A stretch of DNA of 54,632 nt from an uncultured virus (IMG/VR IMGVR_UViG_3300042691_044383) (lineage: Duplodnaviria > Heunggongvirae > Uroviricota > Caudoviricetes). Shown piece by piece: positions 14,662 to 25,420 of the stretch (the stretch's first letter is position 1; every line of letters starts with the position of its first letter). The notes beneath the pieces are model-generated. The model searched no databases. It was not told where the DNA came from and was given only the letters and a program-made list of their open reading frames with translations. Position numbers and translations under genes: made by a program. The stretch is taken from IMG/VR virus record IMGVR_UViG_3300042691_044383, positions 62,001 to 116,632 of that record; one strand, 5' to 3'.

Positions 14662-17438
14662 TATGCGGCAGTGTCCCCAGCCAAAATGAAGTTGTTAGTA
14701 CTACGTTGAATCAGCGATACCACGGCCCATCGCCCGGCGGTCTTGGTGTGGCTTTGACGGTTGTTTATCGTGGTCCCAGACGCGCTAAACGATATTTGAC
14801 CTGTTCCAGTTTGAATTATTGTAAGTGTGAAACCCACTGGAAGCCCGGTGGGAACCGTGACTGTCACTGCCGAACTGCTGCTGCACTCTAAGACAATACC
14901 GTTGTCCGCACTGCTCAGCGATCGAGTTGTACCCGTTACCACCGAAACTATGCCGGTACCTGTTGCGTACTTGTTCGCGGTCAAACCGCCAACGTTGAGC
15001 AAATCGGTGCTCGGGTTGTAGCTCAGCGACGGTGCCGTTGTGTCGACACTCGGTGTCTGGTTACTCCCAGCGGCTGCGACGAACACGGGATAGAACGTGG
15101 CGTCGGTGTTTGTCGCAGTCGCATTTACTGTTGTGCCTGGGCCCGTGGCCCCTGTAGCGCCCTGTGTTCCGGTTGCCCCCGTGGGACTGGTTGCATCGTT
15201 CTTCCAAGCCGAAAGCGTGCTATCGTAGCGAAGGTAATTACCGTTTTGCAGGCTGCTGAACTTAACGTCAAAAAGCTCATGCAAAGCCGTCTGCTGCAAA
15301 TACATGCGGACATAAATTCGACCACTCTCGACATGCTGCCGCGTAACGATGGCCACCGGCATGCGTATAGTGCTCGCCGCCGGTTCTGTCGCCGTTAACC
15401 CGCCAGGCGTGCTCGGATTCAACCACAGCACCGTACCCACAGTGTAGCTGAGGGTATTCAGGTGTTGCATGTCGCCAATCAGGGTAACGTAACCCGAGGC
15501 TTCACTGGCTATGTTTTCAGATGCTATGCCGAGCATGTAACGTGGAAGAACAGTACCGTCCGCGTTTGCCAGAGTAACTTCGATCGTATCCCCTGTCGCC
15601 CCGGTGGCCATAACGGCTTGGCCTTTGTTGATGACACCGCCGGACATGTTCTTGACGGTGACGCGTAGTTCCTTGGCGTAGTTGTCTATCCAAACCGTGT
15701 CGTAATTTGTGTCAGTGTTTTTCGCCAGCACCTGCCCGGTCAATCCGCCCGCCGGCACACCGCTACCCGTTGGGCCGGTCGCACCCGTTGCACCCTGGGC
15801 ACCTGTGGGTTGAATTTCGAGAACGACCTGATCCAGCAACGTGTAAGCGCCGTTAGTTGTTATCGCTTCAACTGTGTAGTCGAAAAGCGTTGTTTCTTCC
15901 GTGACGGCCAAGACTCGATAAATGCCGAACTTGTTGACGTCGGACATCACGCGAGTTTTTAACGTGTCGGTGGGTTTAGCTGTGGCGAGCAACGCGGATA
16001 TGTCTACGCTGTTGTAGTTTGATTTCTCGACATAGATGTGCGTGACCGCAGCCAGCGAAGCGTTGTTGAAGTAAATCTGACCGTGCAACGAGAAAGCTTG
16101 TTGCCTTGCCGATTCCGCGTCGGGGTCCGCGTAGAAAAGTTCGCTGTCTCCGGCGTACTTTAACGGGGCTGGCGGGTCAACCTCGGGCGTCAGTTGATCG
16201 TTGAATTCCCAACTGATGAGTAACTCGTAAGTAGGCGTGGTCGGCCCGGTTGGACCCGTAGGCCCGGTTGGACCTGTAGGACCGGTTGGACCAGTTGGCC
16301 CAGTGGTACCTGTCGATCCCTCGCAACAAGGGCCTTGCGGGCCTTCCGCACCACGGTAACCCTGTGGCCCACGGTGGCCCTGTGGTCCGCGATAGCCTTG
16401 TGGGCCGCGTTTTCCTTGGGGACCCTGTGGCCCTTGCGGACCCTCGTAACCTTGCGGACCTCTGTAGCCTTGCGGACCTCTGTAGCCTTGCGCTCCGCGA
16501 TATCCTTGAGGGCCGCGATAACCTTGCGGACCTCGATACCCTTGTGGTCCACGATAGCCGGTGGCCCCCGTGTAGCCAGGGTAACCTTGCGGGCCACGGT
16601 GACCTTGGGGTCCGCGGTCGCCTTGGGGTCCTTGGTCTCCGGGATTGCCGTCAGGACCGGGGTTGCCGTCCGGTCCAGGGTTACCGTCAGGCCCAGGATT
16701 GCCGTCGGGCCCGGGATTACCGTCAGGGCCTATTGGGCCTTGAGGGCCGGGTGTACCTTGCGGGCCTGCCGTACCTTGAGGTCCCTCCGCTCCTTGCGGT
16801 CCGATTAAACCTTGTGGTCCGATTAAACCTTGTGGTCCGATTAAACCTTGCGGGCCTTGTGGGCCCTGTGGGCCAGCCGGCCCCTGCGGTCCTTGTGGGC
16901 CTTCTGCACCCTGCGGCCCTTCTGCACCTTGTGGGCCTTCTGCACCCTGTGGGCCTTGCGGTCCTTGCGGTCCTTGCGGTCCAAGCTGCGGGCTGGGCAA
17001 GCCGATGTTCAGCTGAATGTCAAAGGAGCAATCGCCAGACTTGTTGACGTTTAAATTGGCAAAGGGTGCTCCGCCAGGTCCTACGGTAGTGACGTTCGCC
17101 TCTCCCGTTATTTCCGGACAGGGAAAGTCTACCTGCAAGTTCAACACGTAATCGCAGCATTGACCCTTTGTCACTGTAAAAATAACTCTTTCGCTTCCGA
17201 TCGGTACCACGTTGGTGGTGATGTCGTCTTGGGCGGAAAGAATTGGGCAAATTGGATCCGGGTCGAGCAACGGAACAGGCAGCGACGGACAATCAAAGAT
17301 ATCCGCTGGGGCTTGCGGAACCTGTGGGTTTATCAGCCAGTTTCCACCTGGAATAGGGAAAATGCAAGGCACGTCGCATTTGACGATGTCAAACACGGGT
17401 GACTGCGGTCCCTGTGGGCACTGCGTCGTAGGCGCCAT
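14661..17438 (-). CDS. Collagen-like tail fibre / appendage protein
   Basis: Cys-rich N-terminus, a long Gly-X-Y tract ([15 protein letters not shown]), phage fibre motifs ([20 protein letters not shown]) and a C-terminal beta domain ending LAGDTA. Confidence 0.88.
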   Translation of the reverse strand: MAPTTQCPQGPQSPVFDIVKCDVPCIFPIPGGNWLINPQVPQAPADIFDCPSLPVPLLDPDPICPILSAQDDITTNVVPIGSERVIFTVTKGQCCDYVLNLQVDFPCPEITGEANVTTVGPGGAPFANLNVNKSGDCSFDIQLNIGLPSPQLGPQGPQGPQGPQGAEGPQGAEGPQGAEGPQGPQGPAGPQGPQGPQGLIGPQGLIGPQGLIGPQGAEGPQGTAGPQGTPGPQGPIGPDGNPGPDGNPGPDGNPGPDGNPGPDGNPGDQGPQGDRGPQGHRGPQGYPGYTGATGYRGPQGYRGPQGYRGPQGYRGAQGYRGPQGYRGPQGYEGPQGPQGPQGKRGPQGYRGPQGHRGPQGYRGAEGPQGPCCEGSTGTTGPTGPTGPTGPTGPTGPTGPTTPTYELLISWEFNDQLTPEVDPPAPLKYAGDSELFYADPDAESARQQAFSLHGQIYFNNASLAAVTHIYVEKSNYNSVDISALLATAKPTDTLKTRVMSDVNKFGIYRVLAVTEETTLFDYTVEAITTNGAYTLLDQVVLEIQPTGAQGATGATGPTGSGVPAGGLTGQVLAKNTDTNYDTVWIDNYAKELRVTVKNMSGGVINKGQAVMATGATGDTIEVTLANADGTVLPRYMLGIASENIASEASGYVTLIGDMQHLNTLSYTVGTVLWLNPSTPGGLTATEPAASTIRMPVAIVTRQHVESGRIYVRMYLQQTALHELFDVKFSSLQNGNYLRYDSTLSAWKNDATSPTGATGTQGATGATGPGTTVNATATNTDATFYPVFVAAAGSNQTPSVDTTAPSLSYNPSTDLLNVGGLTANKYATGTGIVSVVTGTTRSLSSADNGIVLECSSSSAVTVTVPTGLPVGFTLTIIQTGTGQISFSASGTTINNRQSHTKTAGRWAVVSLIQRSTNNFILAGDTAA
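16240..16982 (-). repeat. Gly-X-Y collagen coding repeats (9/18-nt period)
   Basis: Blocks of [27 protein letters not shown] and GPT. Confidence 0.95.
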
Positions 17439-17448
17439 GTCCTATGCC

Positions 17449-18483
17449 TTATAGTGATACGGAGTTGAATGAAAAATCGCAGACAGCCAAATCCGCTAAG
17501 TTGATGTCTATGACTAATTTTTTGTTTACAACGTCCGTTATTATAGAAACACCCGACTCCCCGAAGAACGTCAAAGTCGGTCCCTGCAAACCGTTAATCG
17601 AACGCAAGGCTTCATTGCAATAAAAGTCACCTGCAAGCAAGCCGTTATCGGACCCAACGGGTGGAGTTTCTCCAGGGAAGATTGCGATCTCCTCGCAAGG
17701 CTGACCGTCTCCCGCACCGAGCGTAGGCGCAAAAACCAGTGTAGAGCTGGCAACGTCTTGGCTTATAGACATGTTGAAACCGGCTTTAAACTTGATATTG
17801 CCGGTCAAGCACGTTTCGTACACGTAAGTCTGACCGACGTCAAAGTCCCACTGGTTCTGCGGGCAAGTCTCCGGGCGAAGAGCTCGCGTCCTGTCTGAAT
17901 TCGCGATGTTAACGGACACGACTTGGTTTAGGTACAAGTTCTGTATCAGGCACGGTTCAATGATTGCCGAGTAGACGTCTTCGCGGGTAAGGCTTGTGCC
18001 TGCTGGTATTCGGGCAGCTAGGCTTTGCATGTCGCCCGAGACCATGAATCCGGACCAAAGGGGCTCTCCGCATTCTTCCGCGACACCGGAGTCGGAAGTC
18101 GACACAGGTAATTGGCCGGACATTGAAAGGCTTATTGCCGCCTCGTCAAGCGTGAAGCTTTCGACAAACTCCGTCTCGAATAGTTCCGCGGTGGTCGAAC
18201 GGGTAAAGATAAGTGGTGCATGCATCAAATTGCTAGCAGTGCAGCGGAATTCAAACTCGAATACCGATGCGTTTACTCGCGTGATGCGATACAAGAAGAC
18301 TTCGTCGATCTCGGCGTCAAAGCCGGACTCGGGGCCCATGATAACGCCAAAATCAACTATCACGTTGTCCGGCAAAGCGTAAAAATCGAAAAGCCCGGAG
18401 TCAGGCGTATTAACGCCCGAGCTTCCTTCTTTGAAAGGATAGACGCGGTTCAGGTTGTCGTTGAAAAAGTTAGGACGTGGCAT
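17449..18483 (-). CDS. Cys-rich structural protein, paralogue 5
   Basis: N-terminal FFNDNLNRVYPF and C-terminal LRSINGL. Confidence 0.75.
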   Translation of the reverse strand: MPRPNFFNDNLNRVYPFKEGSSGVNTPDSGLFDFYALPDNVIVDFGVIMGPESGFDAEIDEVFLYRITRVNASVFEFEFRCTASNLMHAPLIFTRSTTAELFETEFVESFTLDEAAISLSMSGQLPVSTSDSGVAEECGEPLWSGFMVSGDMQSLAARIPAGTSLTREDVYSAIIEPCLIQNLYLNQVVSVNIANSDRTRALRPETCPQNQWDFDVGQTYVYETCLTGNIKFKAGFNMSISQDVASSTLVFAPTLGAGDGQPCEEIAIFPGETPPVGSDNGLLAGDFYCNEALRSINGLQGPTLTFFGESGVSIITDVVNKKLVIDINLADLAVCDFSFNSVSL

Positions 18484-18484
18484 T

Positions 18485-19288
18485 TTATTTGTTGATCACC
18501 GAGCCTTCTACGGAAAAGACTATGCCTGCGGCAGTAGTGCGGATTCTTAACGCAGGATCCGGGGCCAAATCATCGTTCATCTGAATGTTGAAGTTGCCTT
18601 GTTCGTCCGGGTAGCAATCGTAGGTGTAATCGCCGTTAACGACACGTATGACACGTATCGGGTTAACTGGAACGAACAAGTCTGCCGGGTTGCACAACCT
18701 CTGCAAGTTCAAAGGATCACCTACGACGTCGACGCGAACCACCGGAACGTCTTCACCTTGTTTGTTGATGTAGCTATCCGTGCGGAGAACCACACCGTCT
18801 TCACCCACAAGCCAAACTTTGCCCGTTGAAAGCTGCCCGTCAGGCGTTTGCATGCCCGTGACGCCCGGGTAAGCCGCTGGAACCTGACACGTAACACAAA
18901 ACTCCGTTTGACCCTGCTCAAAGACGTGCGTTCGAATCCCCCAGGCGGAGATCAAAGCCAGTCTGTCGGGAGTTGAGACTAGCAAACCCGCCGGTCTCCC
19001 GTGCTCGTCCGTGAGGCGGATAGAACCCGTTGAAATGGGGAGATTAACCTCACCCTTCAAACGCAACGGAAAAGCTGTGTCGCCAACGTACAGCACGAAC
19101 TTATCCGACTGCACGATAACTTGCGAAACGTAATAACGCCCCGACCCCTCGACGGCGTAAATGTGGGCGTCCAAGAAGGTATCTTCGACGAAAAACACAC
19201 TCCCGTTGCTCAAACTCGCGGTCGGTACAAACGGGTACTTGGTTTCTCTCAGCGAACGAATTAGTTCTGCGTGCCGAATGTCTGTCAC
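18485..19288 (-). CDS. Structural protein, paralogue 4
   Basis: N-terminal LRETKYPF and C-terminal VVNG...PDEQGNFNI. Confidence 0.75.
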   Translation of the reverse strand: MTDIRHAELIRSLRETKYPFVPTASLSNGSVFFVEDTFLDAHIYAVEGSGRYYVSQVIVQSDKFVLYVGDTAFPLRLKGEVNLPISTGSIRLTDEHGRPAGLLVSTPDRLALISAWGIRTHVFEQGQTEFCVTCQVPAAYPGVTGMQTPDGQLSTGKVWLVGEDGVVLRTDSYINKQGEDVPVVRVDVVGDPLNLQRLCNPADLFVPVNPIRVIRVVNGDYTYDCYPDEQGNFNIQMNDDLAPDPALRIRTTAAGIVFSVEGSVINK

Positions 19289-20973
19289 GGAATAGCCTCG
19301 TCAACTCGCCAGTAGGAGAAATAGCTTGCGGAACGTCGCGTGTAAAACCCTGCATTTCCGGCGTCTTGTTCCCAGAGCGTACCGGACAAACTGGTAGCAA
19401 TAGCAACGTCAATTGCCGGGTTTACAACCCCTTTGAGTACGGCTTGCAGGTTGACGCTCGTACGCGTTAATTCATTCGGGACGACTGTAAATTCCAAGCG
19501 GTACCATTCGTCGACGGAAGCCAAAGGAACGGCAACGGTCGACAGCGGAACGGCGTTGATTCCGTTGAAGAAGTACACTCCGAACGTTTTGTTAGTCACG
19601 TCCAAGGCTGCGAAGACGTATGTGTGCAAGTCCGCGCTGTTTATCCTGTAATTGACGACAATACCTGCATTGAGCTGACCTGTCGGGTTCAAAGCAATCA
19701 CTTTGAAGTCCGTCGTGTAACGCCGATACAGCGACTGCACGTCTAACGTGAAAAGCGACAGATTCGTTTTCGACAGGCTTGGAAGATTGGCTGTGCCGTA
19801 GCTGTAAGACGAAAGGCCGACCGAGAAAGACTGACTCGCGCTTAACGACGAGTCGCAGCCGTAAGCGGTGAAGTTGGGCGGCGGTCCAACGCAGCAGTAG
19901 GCCTCGCCCGGGCTGTCATCGTTGCTCATGCCCCAAGTGGACGAATCCATAGGCGAGAAGCTGTAAGCGAAACCGTCATCAAACGTATCGCAGTAAGGCA
20001 GCGACAGCAAGGTGCTCATGGAGTCGCTAATGCTAGTATCCGGAGGTACCGGCGGCTCGGGAGGCTGCGGTGGAGGAATAATAACCGGTGGCACTTCAGA
20101 CGGCAGCTTACCTGTTGCCAGGTCAGGCAAAAATGGAGGCGCACACGTATCGGACAAACCGCGTTGACAATCTACGACTACGCCGCAGTCCGCAGTGTTC
20201 TTACCCACGACGGCACATCCTTGGAAATCCAAGGTGAAAATTCCATCGCAATCCGGAGCAAGCCCATTTATCGTTTCGATAGGTTGCGGGTCGACGCAAG
20301 ACCTTGAGCCGACACGGCGTCCACAAGGTCCGGCGAACTGCGAAAAAACAGACTGTACGTTTTGGACGGTTGTGTCGGACGGAGGTTCTCGCAGCCGAAA
20401 AACAATAACGTTATCGTATGCAACGCCGTTGATTATTCGAGGTTCGCGTACGATTTCCAGCGGCTGCTCGGTGGCCAGACGGACAACACCGGCCAAAACG
20501 CTTTCAACGTTTGCTATTCCAAGCGTTTCGACAGGTGGCTTGCGGATCGGACGAGCGGCTCTTGCGGTCAGCAGGGACTGCAACGGAGAGCTGAAGACGC
20601 CACGGAAAAGCTCCGAAGTGCCAGCACCGAAAGCAATAAAACCTGCAACACCTTTCTCGAATGCATCCAGTTTGTAGGTGCGGTAAGCCGTGAGCTCGGA
20701 TCGTCCAAGCGATATCCCGGCAATTAACCTGCTTTGCCCGCCGGAGTTGTCAAGCTGCTCCGCGGTTTCAATCAGCAGCGTGACTATCTCTTCGCCGCAC
20801 GTGACAGCACTTATAAAAGCGTATTTACCGAGCTCACGTGGCCAACGTAGCTGCAAGTCTGCAACGATAGCCGAGGGCAGTCTTAAACCGGCGTTCGACA
20901 GGCACGAAGCCGTGTCGTCGACAGGGTAGGCGTTTTGCTCGTTGAGGTTGTACCAATGGTTGTTTCGTATCAC
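19285..20973 (-). CDS. Cys-rich structural protein, paralogue 3, with a C-terminal beta-sandwich
   Basis: WYNLNEQNAYPV, IETINGLAPDCDGIF, a Pro linker, then a lectin/jelly-roll-like domain (EWYRLEFTV). Confidence 0.75.
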   Translation of the reverse strand: MIRNNHWYNLNEQNAYPVDDTASCLSNAGLRLPSAIVADLQLRWPRELGKYAFISAVTCGEEIVTLLIETAEQLDNSGGQSRLIAGISLGRSELTAYRTYKLDAFEKGVAGFIAFGAGTSELFRGVFSSPLQSLLTARAARPIRKPPVETLGIANVESVLAGVVRLATEQPLEIVREPRIINGVAYDNVIVFRLREPPSDTTVQNVQSVFSQFAGPCGRRVGSRSCVDPQPIETINGLAPDCDGIFTLDFQGCAVVGKNTADCGVVVDCQRGLSDTCAPPFLPDLATGKLPSEVPPVIIPPPQPPEPPVPPDTSISDSMSTLLSLPYCDTFDDGFAYSFSPMDSSTWGMSNDDSPGEAYCCVGPPPNFTAYGCDSSLSASQSFSVGLSSYSYGTANLPSLSKTNLSLFTLDVQSLYRRYTTDFKVIALNPTGQLNAGIVVNYRINSADLHTYVFAALDVTNKTFGVYFFNGINAVPLSTVAVPLASVDEWYRLEFTVVPNELTRTSVNLQAVLKGVVNPAIDVAIATSLSGTLWEQDAGNAGFYTRRSASYFSYWRVDEAIP

Positions 20974-20975
20974 GC

Positions 20976-22622
20976 CTATATCTCTGGCTGACAGTTACAG
21001 GACAAGCAGCTACTGGTGCTTCCGAGCATTTCTCGCTTCTGCGACAAAGCCTGCCCGTAAACTTCCGTGGGAACCGGAATTGAAGCAAGACCGCAGAATG
21101 AAACTATATCACCCACGAGGTCCGTTGCAATATTAGTCACCGGTTTGCATTGGCTGCCGACCGGCGCTTGGTTTTCCCAGTAAGCTACCACGGCTATTGC
21201 CACACTGGTGTTTCCCGGTTCGTCGTAACAGCTCGGTAAGCATTGTTTTCCATAGAGAAGCGTCATGGACTGAGGGTCGGCGTAATCTACAGTGTACAAG
21301 TGCACGTGATTCTCGGAGTCCAATATCTCTGGCGACACTGCCACAGGCACTTGGCACGTCGAAGAGCCTTCCAGGTAGGTGTCAGGGCAGTGAAAAGCGT
21401 TGACGCCATAAGACAAGCCGCCAAAGACGTAAGGCAGAAAAAATACTTGTATTTTCAAATTGATCAGACAGCAGTTTGTCGGATTACATACCGCCACGCC
21501 CCACCGCACCTTGCAATCCGCATCGGTTGCCACGCTGACGCGAATGAAGTCCTTTTCCCGCATAGCTTTTTCGACAAGCCACCGGTCTTTGTTGTCGCGG
21601 TAAAAATCTCTTGCCTCTTCGGCGGTGTGCGCTATGTCTTTGTACAGCGACCATTGCCGCTTCAAACCTTGGTAGGTTCTTGCGTAGTACTCGCAGTCGC
21701 AGCAGTTGCGACAGTCGTTGCTGAGCTTTATAGTGGCCGCAGCCTGCGAGGTCGACATCGCACTTGCCGAGTAGCTGAAAACCCTAGGGGTTGTAGACGA
21801 TAGGGACAATGGTCGATGCTGCCGAATGCAACCTTCGCTGTCCAACGTAAAGTTGTTGTGGCTGTCCGACCTTACTTTGTTCAAGGTACGCAGGACAGTC
21901 GCAGTGTCCACGCAGCCAGGGAAAACTCCAAGCCCCGATCCCGGCTCCGCGCTGAGCTGGATCTTTGTAGCCCTGCGACTCCCTTCAATAAGTCCGACCT
22001 CTCCGAAAAGATCGATAGCCGGTGACTCGACTTCAATCGGCAAGACGGTTTCCATGGCGAAGTTGTAGCCGCTTTGCAGGGTCAAGGCTTTTGCTGTGAC
22101 TATCTCGTTTCCGATTTGGATGGATTTCACGCGACGCGGCAATTCATAGCCACACTCGGCGTAAAGCTCCCCGTTTTCCGGTTCTATGTTGTCGTCGTAC
22201 GTGATTGCTAAGCCGTCTGTGACATCTTCCTGCGTCCACTGCGTGTGAATCACGCAACGACAAACAGCCATGTTGCTTTCCCACTCGATGACCCGCAGAC
22301 GAGAATCCCAGTCGACTACTTTGTAAACGGAAGCCTCGGTCGAGTCAAAGACAATCTCCCCGTTCGCATCTTCCACGATCAGGTCGTAAGCGTGCGACGG
22401 CGTAGGTCTTCCAGGGAAAGGCGAAACACTGTTGGAACCGAAGCCGTAAAGCCAGGCTACCTTGAGCGGGTACTTGACAGATCCCGAGCTGTTTTCGAAA
22501 GACACAAAGAAGTCGGAAAAAAGCTGCTGTATGTCCGACGAAGGATTAACGAAAGGATATAGGTTACCGCTGTTTGGCGGCTGATTTAAGCCTATGGCCT
22601 GCCTGCCGCGTGGGTGAGTCAT
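20976..22622 (-). CDS. Cys-rich structural protein, paralogue 2
   Basis: NLYPF, LRTLNKV...NNFTL, NDCRNCCDC. Start moved to ATG 22622. Confidence 0.75.
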   Translation of the reverse strand: MTHPRGRQAIGLNQPPNSGNLYPFVNPSSDIQQLFSDFFVSFENSSGSVKYPLKVAWLYGFGSNSVSPFPGRPTPSHAYDLIVEDANGEIVFDSTEASVYKVVDWDSRLRVIEWESNMAVCRCVIHTQWTQEDVTDGLAITYDDNIEPENGELYAECGYELPRRVKSIQIGNEIVTAKALTLQSGYNFAMETVLPIEVESPAIDLFGEVGLIEGSRRATKIQLSAEPGSGLGVFPGCVDTATVLRTLNKVRSDSHNNFTLDSEGCIRQHRPLSLSSTTPRVFSYSASAMSTSQAAATIKLSNDCRNCCDCEYYARTYQGLKRQWSLYKDIAHTAEEARDFYRDNKDRWLVEKAMREKDFIRVSVATDADCKVRWGVAVCNPTNCCLINLKIQVFFLPYVFGGLSYGVNAFHCPDTYLEGSSTCQVPVAVSPEILDSENHVHLYTVDYADPQSMTLLYGKQCLPSCYDEPGNTSVAIAVVAYWENQAPVGSQCKPVTNIATDLVGDIVSFCGLASIPVPTEVYGQALSQKREMLGSTSSCLSCNCQPEI

Positions 22623-22623
22623 G

Positions 22624-23580
22624 CTATTCCTCGCAATTGATGCAACGTTTGTCGCCCAGCCGGGCACCCAACACGGTAGCCGAGAAGGCCGCGTTTTCTG
22701 CAGCGAGCCTGTTTACGAATTGATCCAATGCGGCGCGTTGTGCGTTGAACAACTCCAAGTTCTGTGTTATCGACTCAAGCTCCGCGCATCCGCAGCACGG
22801 TGCACAGCAGGAGTCCGTAAGTTTTAATCCGCTGGCGATTTCTTCAAAAGTCAGACAGTCGTCACCGATCAGGTTGAAATTGCCATCGGGCGTAGGAGCT
22901 ATTCCGTTGATTGTCTTGATACAAGGGGCACTGGACGCTTCTCCCGTGCACGTACAATCCGAGATGGTTCCTTCACCGCTAATTGCACTGATAACGACTT
23001 TGGTGTCAGTGAGCGTGTTGACAGTTGTCAACTGTATGTTTCGACCTGCGACAAGCTCGATATCCCCGTACAACCGATCGCCTAGTACACCGTTGGAGCT
23101 GGCGACGCGGATCGCCGATATGCCTCGTATCATGGGCCGGATTGCTTGTGGCTCTATCCTTGTGGCTGCCAGCTCGAAATTGAAAAGACCTGTGGGTTGT
23201 AGTTGAATGGATTCCAGCTTTCCGATCACGACCTTGCCCGTCACGTCGTCGAACGGATCAATTCCACCGAGCGTGAAAACCTTGTTCCGAGTGAACTGAT
23301 AAGCCGGGATCAGCGTCGAAGCCACGTCGACTATGCCGACGCCAGAATCGTACGCAAGAATGAGTTGAACTCCGGATGCAAACAAACCTACCTGCCGGAT
23401 AAAGAAAGTCCCGGTGGACATGTCCATTGCAGGCGAGACCGGTAGATCAAGCCCTACCAAGAAATCGTCGGGTAGAATAAACGCACCGCTAGTATCCGTC
23501 TTAGTCGCCTCGGCGACTAACGGATAGCTTCTTTGCGAATTGTGATTCAGGAACTCCAAGTTCCAATTGGCTATAGGCAT
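22624..23580 (-). CDS. Cys-rich structural protein, paralogue 1
   Basis: FLNHNSQRSYPL, IKTINGIAPTPDGNF, SCCAPCCGC followed by a coiled coil. Confidence 0.75.
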   Translation of the reverse strand: MPIANWNLEFLNHNSQRSYPLVAEATKTDTSGAFILPDDFLVGLDLPVSPAMDMSTGTFFIRQVGLFASGVQLILAYDSGVGIVDVASTLIPAYQFTRNKVFTLGGIDPFDDVTGKVVIGKLESIQLQPTGLFNFELAATRIEPQAIRPMIRGISAIRVASSNGVLGDRLYGDIELVAGRNIQLTTVNTLTDTKVVISAISGEGTISDCTCTGEASSAPCIKTINGIAPTPDGNFNLIGDDCLTFEEIASGLKLTDSCCAPCCGCAELESITQNLELFNAQRAALDQFVNRLAAENAAFSATVLGARLGDKRCINCEE

Positions 23581-23592
23581 CCTGTAAACCTC

Positions 23593-25410
23593 TTAGGAAG
23601 ACGTTAAGACTCCGATCTGCTGCATGATGCCGACTTCGCCAGTGTAGTTGTCGCTCGGGTCGCCCGGGTTGCGTGTCACGCGAAGGTACACGATGTCTCC
23701 CGGATCCACCTCGACGGCGCTGCTTAGTGCTTCAACGGCTTGGTTTGCCGTTACCGTGGCCACGGTAACAATGGTTAGCGCGACATAAGATTGGCTCACC
23801 GTGATCGGTATGTTTAAGCCGTCCACGGGTCTGCCTGTCTTAAAGTAGCTGACCGCAAGCTGCGGCAGTGTGCCCGCTGCCTTGCCCAGTATCCGAGGCC
23901 GAAAACGGAACTGAGAGTTAGCCGGTGCGTCTCCGGGTACCTCGAACTTGACGACGTAGCTTGTCGCCGTATCGTTCGGCATCCCGAGATACAAAACCGG
24001 ATAACTTTCTTCCGTAACGCCCTCCAACCGAACCAGCTGACTCGACAACTCGCGAGAAGGCTGGCTGAGCACCCCAACCCCAATCTTCCCCTGGTAATAC
24101 GTGTTGCCGCCAGCGATAAAGCTAGTGTCGCCACTGAGCAAGACGTTCGCAGACGTGGCATACACGCCTTCAACAACTTTTCCGCTGCTGAACTCGTTGG
24201 TGACAGGGTCAAACGTTTTCAATACCGAGTAACCGGCCACGTTCGCAGGGCCGTTCATCAGCGACAAGTCCAAGTCGATGTCGAGATCGCCGGAGAAAGC
24301 AACGTCTGTTTTGCCTGCGCAAAGAACTTTCAGCCTAGGATCCAGCGATCGCAGACTTGTTACCGAGCTGTTGTCAGTGGCAAAGCCTACTCGAGTAAAA
24401 TAAAGTTTGATGCTTATAGGCTTGGAGGCAGGGTCGCACTCGGTGTAAACACTGCTCATCGAGACAGTAGTGTCGAGATCCGTTGCCCATGGAACTTCGT
24501 CATAACAATCGCTCATCCACCAGATACCGTCGCGGTTAACGACAACAAGATCTGAGAGCAGCTGCTGCCCGTACCACTTACGCTCCGCAAGCGTGTCGTA
24601 GATGCTGGGTCGCTGCATGATTACCGAAGCAGACTGCAGGGGAACAGGCGGGAACACGCTCTGCAGCGACGCATCGGCGGCCAAGTTATAGCCGAACTTG
24701 GCTCCGGTCGGTGCTTTCCCTTCAAACACGACATCGTCAGCCGGTAACCACCCGGGCAAGTCCGCGTCTGCAGAAGTGATCACGTGCGGATCGCCAGCGT
24801 CGGGAGGCGTAACCTGCCCGGCAGGCATCGCGGTCAAGTCGAAGACGTAATGCCTGTGGTTTTCCAGAAAATCGACGAAAGAAGGATTAACGTACACGTT
24901 ACCGGCGTTATCTGTCTTGCAGACCGGTATCGACAAAGGCGGCGACTGCCGGGTTAGCTTCCCGGCGCTAACGCCAGAAAGATACCATAATCCAGGCGGG
25001 ACATTCCCGTCGTTGTCCAAGTCAGTTCCGACCGCAGCCGTTATGTCGATTTTCGCGTAGCCGAAAAGCAAGATGTCGGCCAGCGTCGAGTTAAGCTTCT
25101 CTGCGACCACGCCCCACACTTGGGATTGGTTCGGTACGACAAGGTACCCTGTGGCGGAATCGGACTCGCTTGTAGCGAAAGCGGGCTCGAACCTTGACGT
25201 TGCAGGGTTAAAGAACACAGGCTGTCCGACTTGGATCGTGGAAACAACGGTTTGCGATCTAGCGTAAACGGTTGATCCGATGTTGGCGGCCTCGAGCAGG
25301 CCTATCATGTACTTGAGATTTTGGTCCAGCTGGCTCATGGGCCGGTTGGCAGTTCCCGGTGCGACGGGCTCGTTCTCTTTTATGTACTGAATGAAACGAT
25401 TTAATCCCAT
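23593..25410 (-). CDS. Baseplate/fibre-attachment structural protein
   Basis: N-terminal ENEPVAPGTANRPMSQLDQNLKY resembles the N-termini of myovirus fibres. Located after the wedge genes. Confidence 0.6.
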   Translation of the reverse strand: MGLNRFIQYIKENEPVAPGTANRPMSQLDQNLKYMIGLLEAANIGSTVYARSQTVVSTIQVGQPVFFNPATSRFEPAFATSESDSATGYLVVPNQSQVWGVVAEKLNSTLADILLFGYAKIDITAAVGTDLDNDGNVPPGLWYLSGVSAGKLTRQSPPLSIPVCKTDNAGNVYVNPSFVDFLENHRHYVFDLTAMPAGQVTPPDAGDPHVITSADADLPGWLPADDVVFEGKAPTGAKFGYNLAADASLQSVFPPVPLQSASVIMQRPSIYDTLAERKWYGQQLLSDLVVVNRDGIWWMSDCYDEVPWATDLDTTVSMSSVYTECDPASKPISIKLYFTRVGFATDNSSVTSLRSLDPRLKVLCAGKTDVAFSGDLDIDLDLSLMNGPANVAGYSVLKTFDPVTNEFSSGKVVEGVYATSANVLLSGDTSFIAGGNTYYQGKIGVGVLSQPSRELSSQLVRLEGVTEESYPVLYLGMPNDTATSYVVKFEVPGDAPANSQFRFRPRILGKAAGTLPQLAVSYFKTGRPVDGLNIPITVSQSYVALTIVTVATVTANQAVEALSSAVEVDPGDIVYLRVTRNPGDPSDNYTGEVGIMQQIGVLTSS

Positions 25411-25420
25411 TTGCTGCTCC

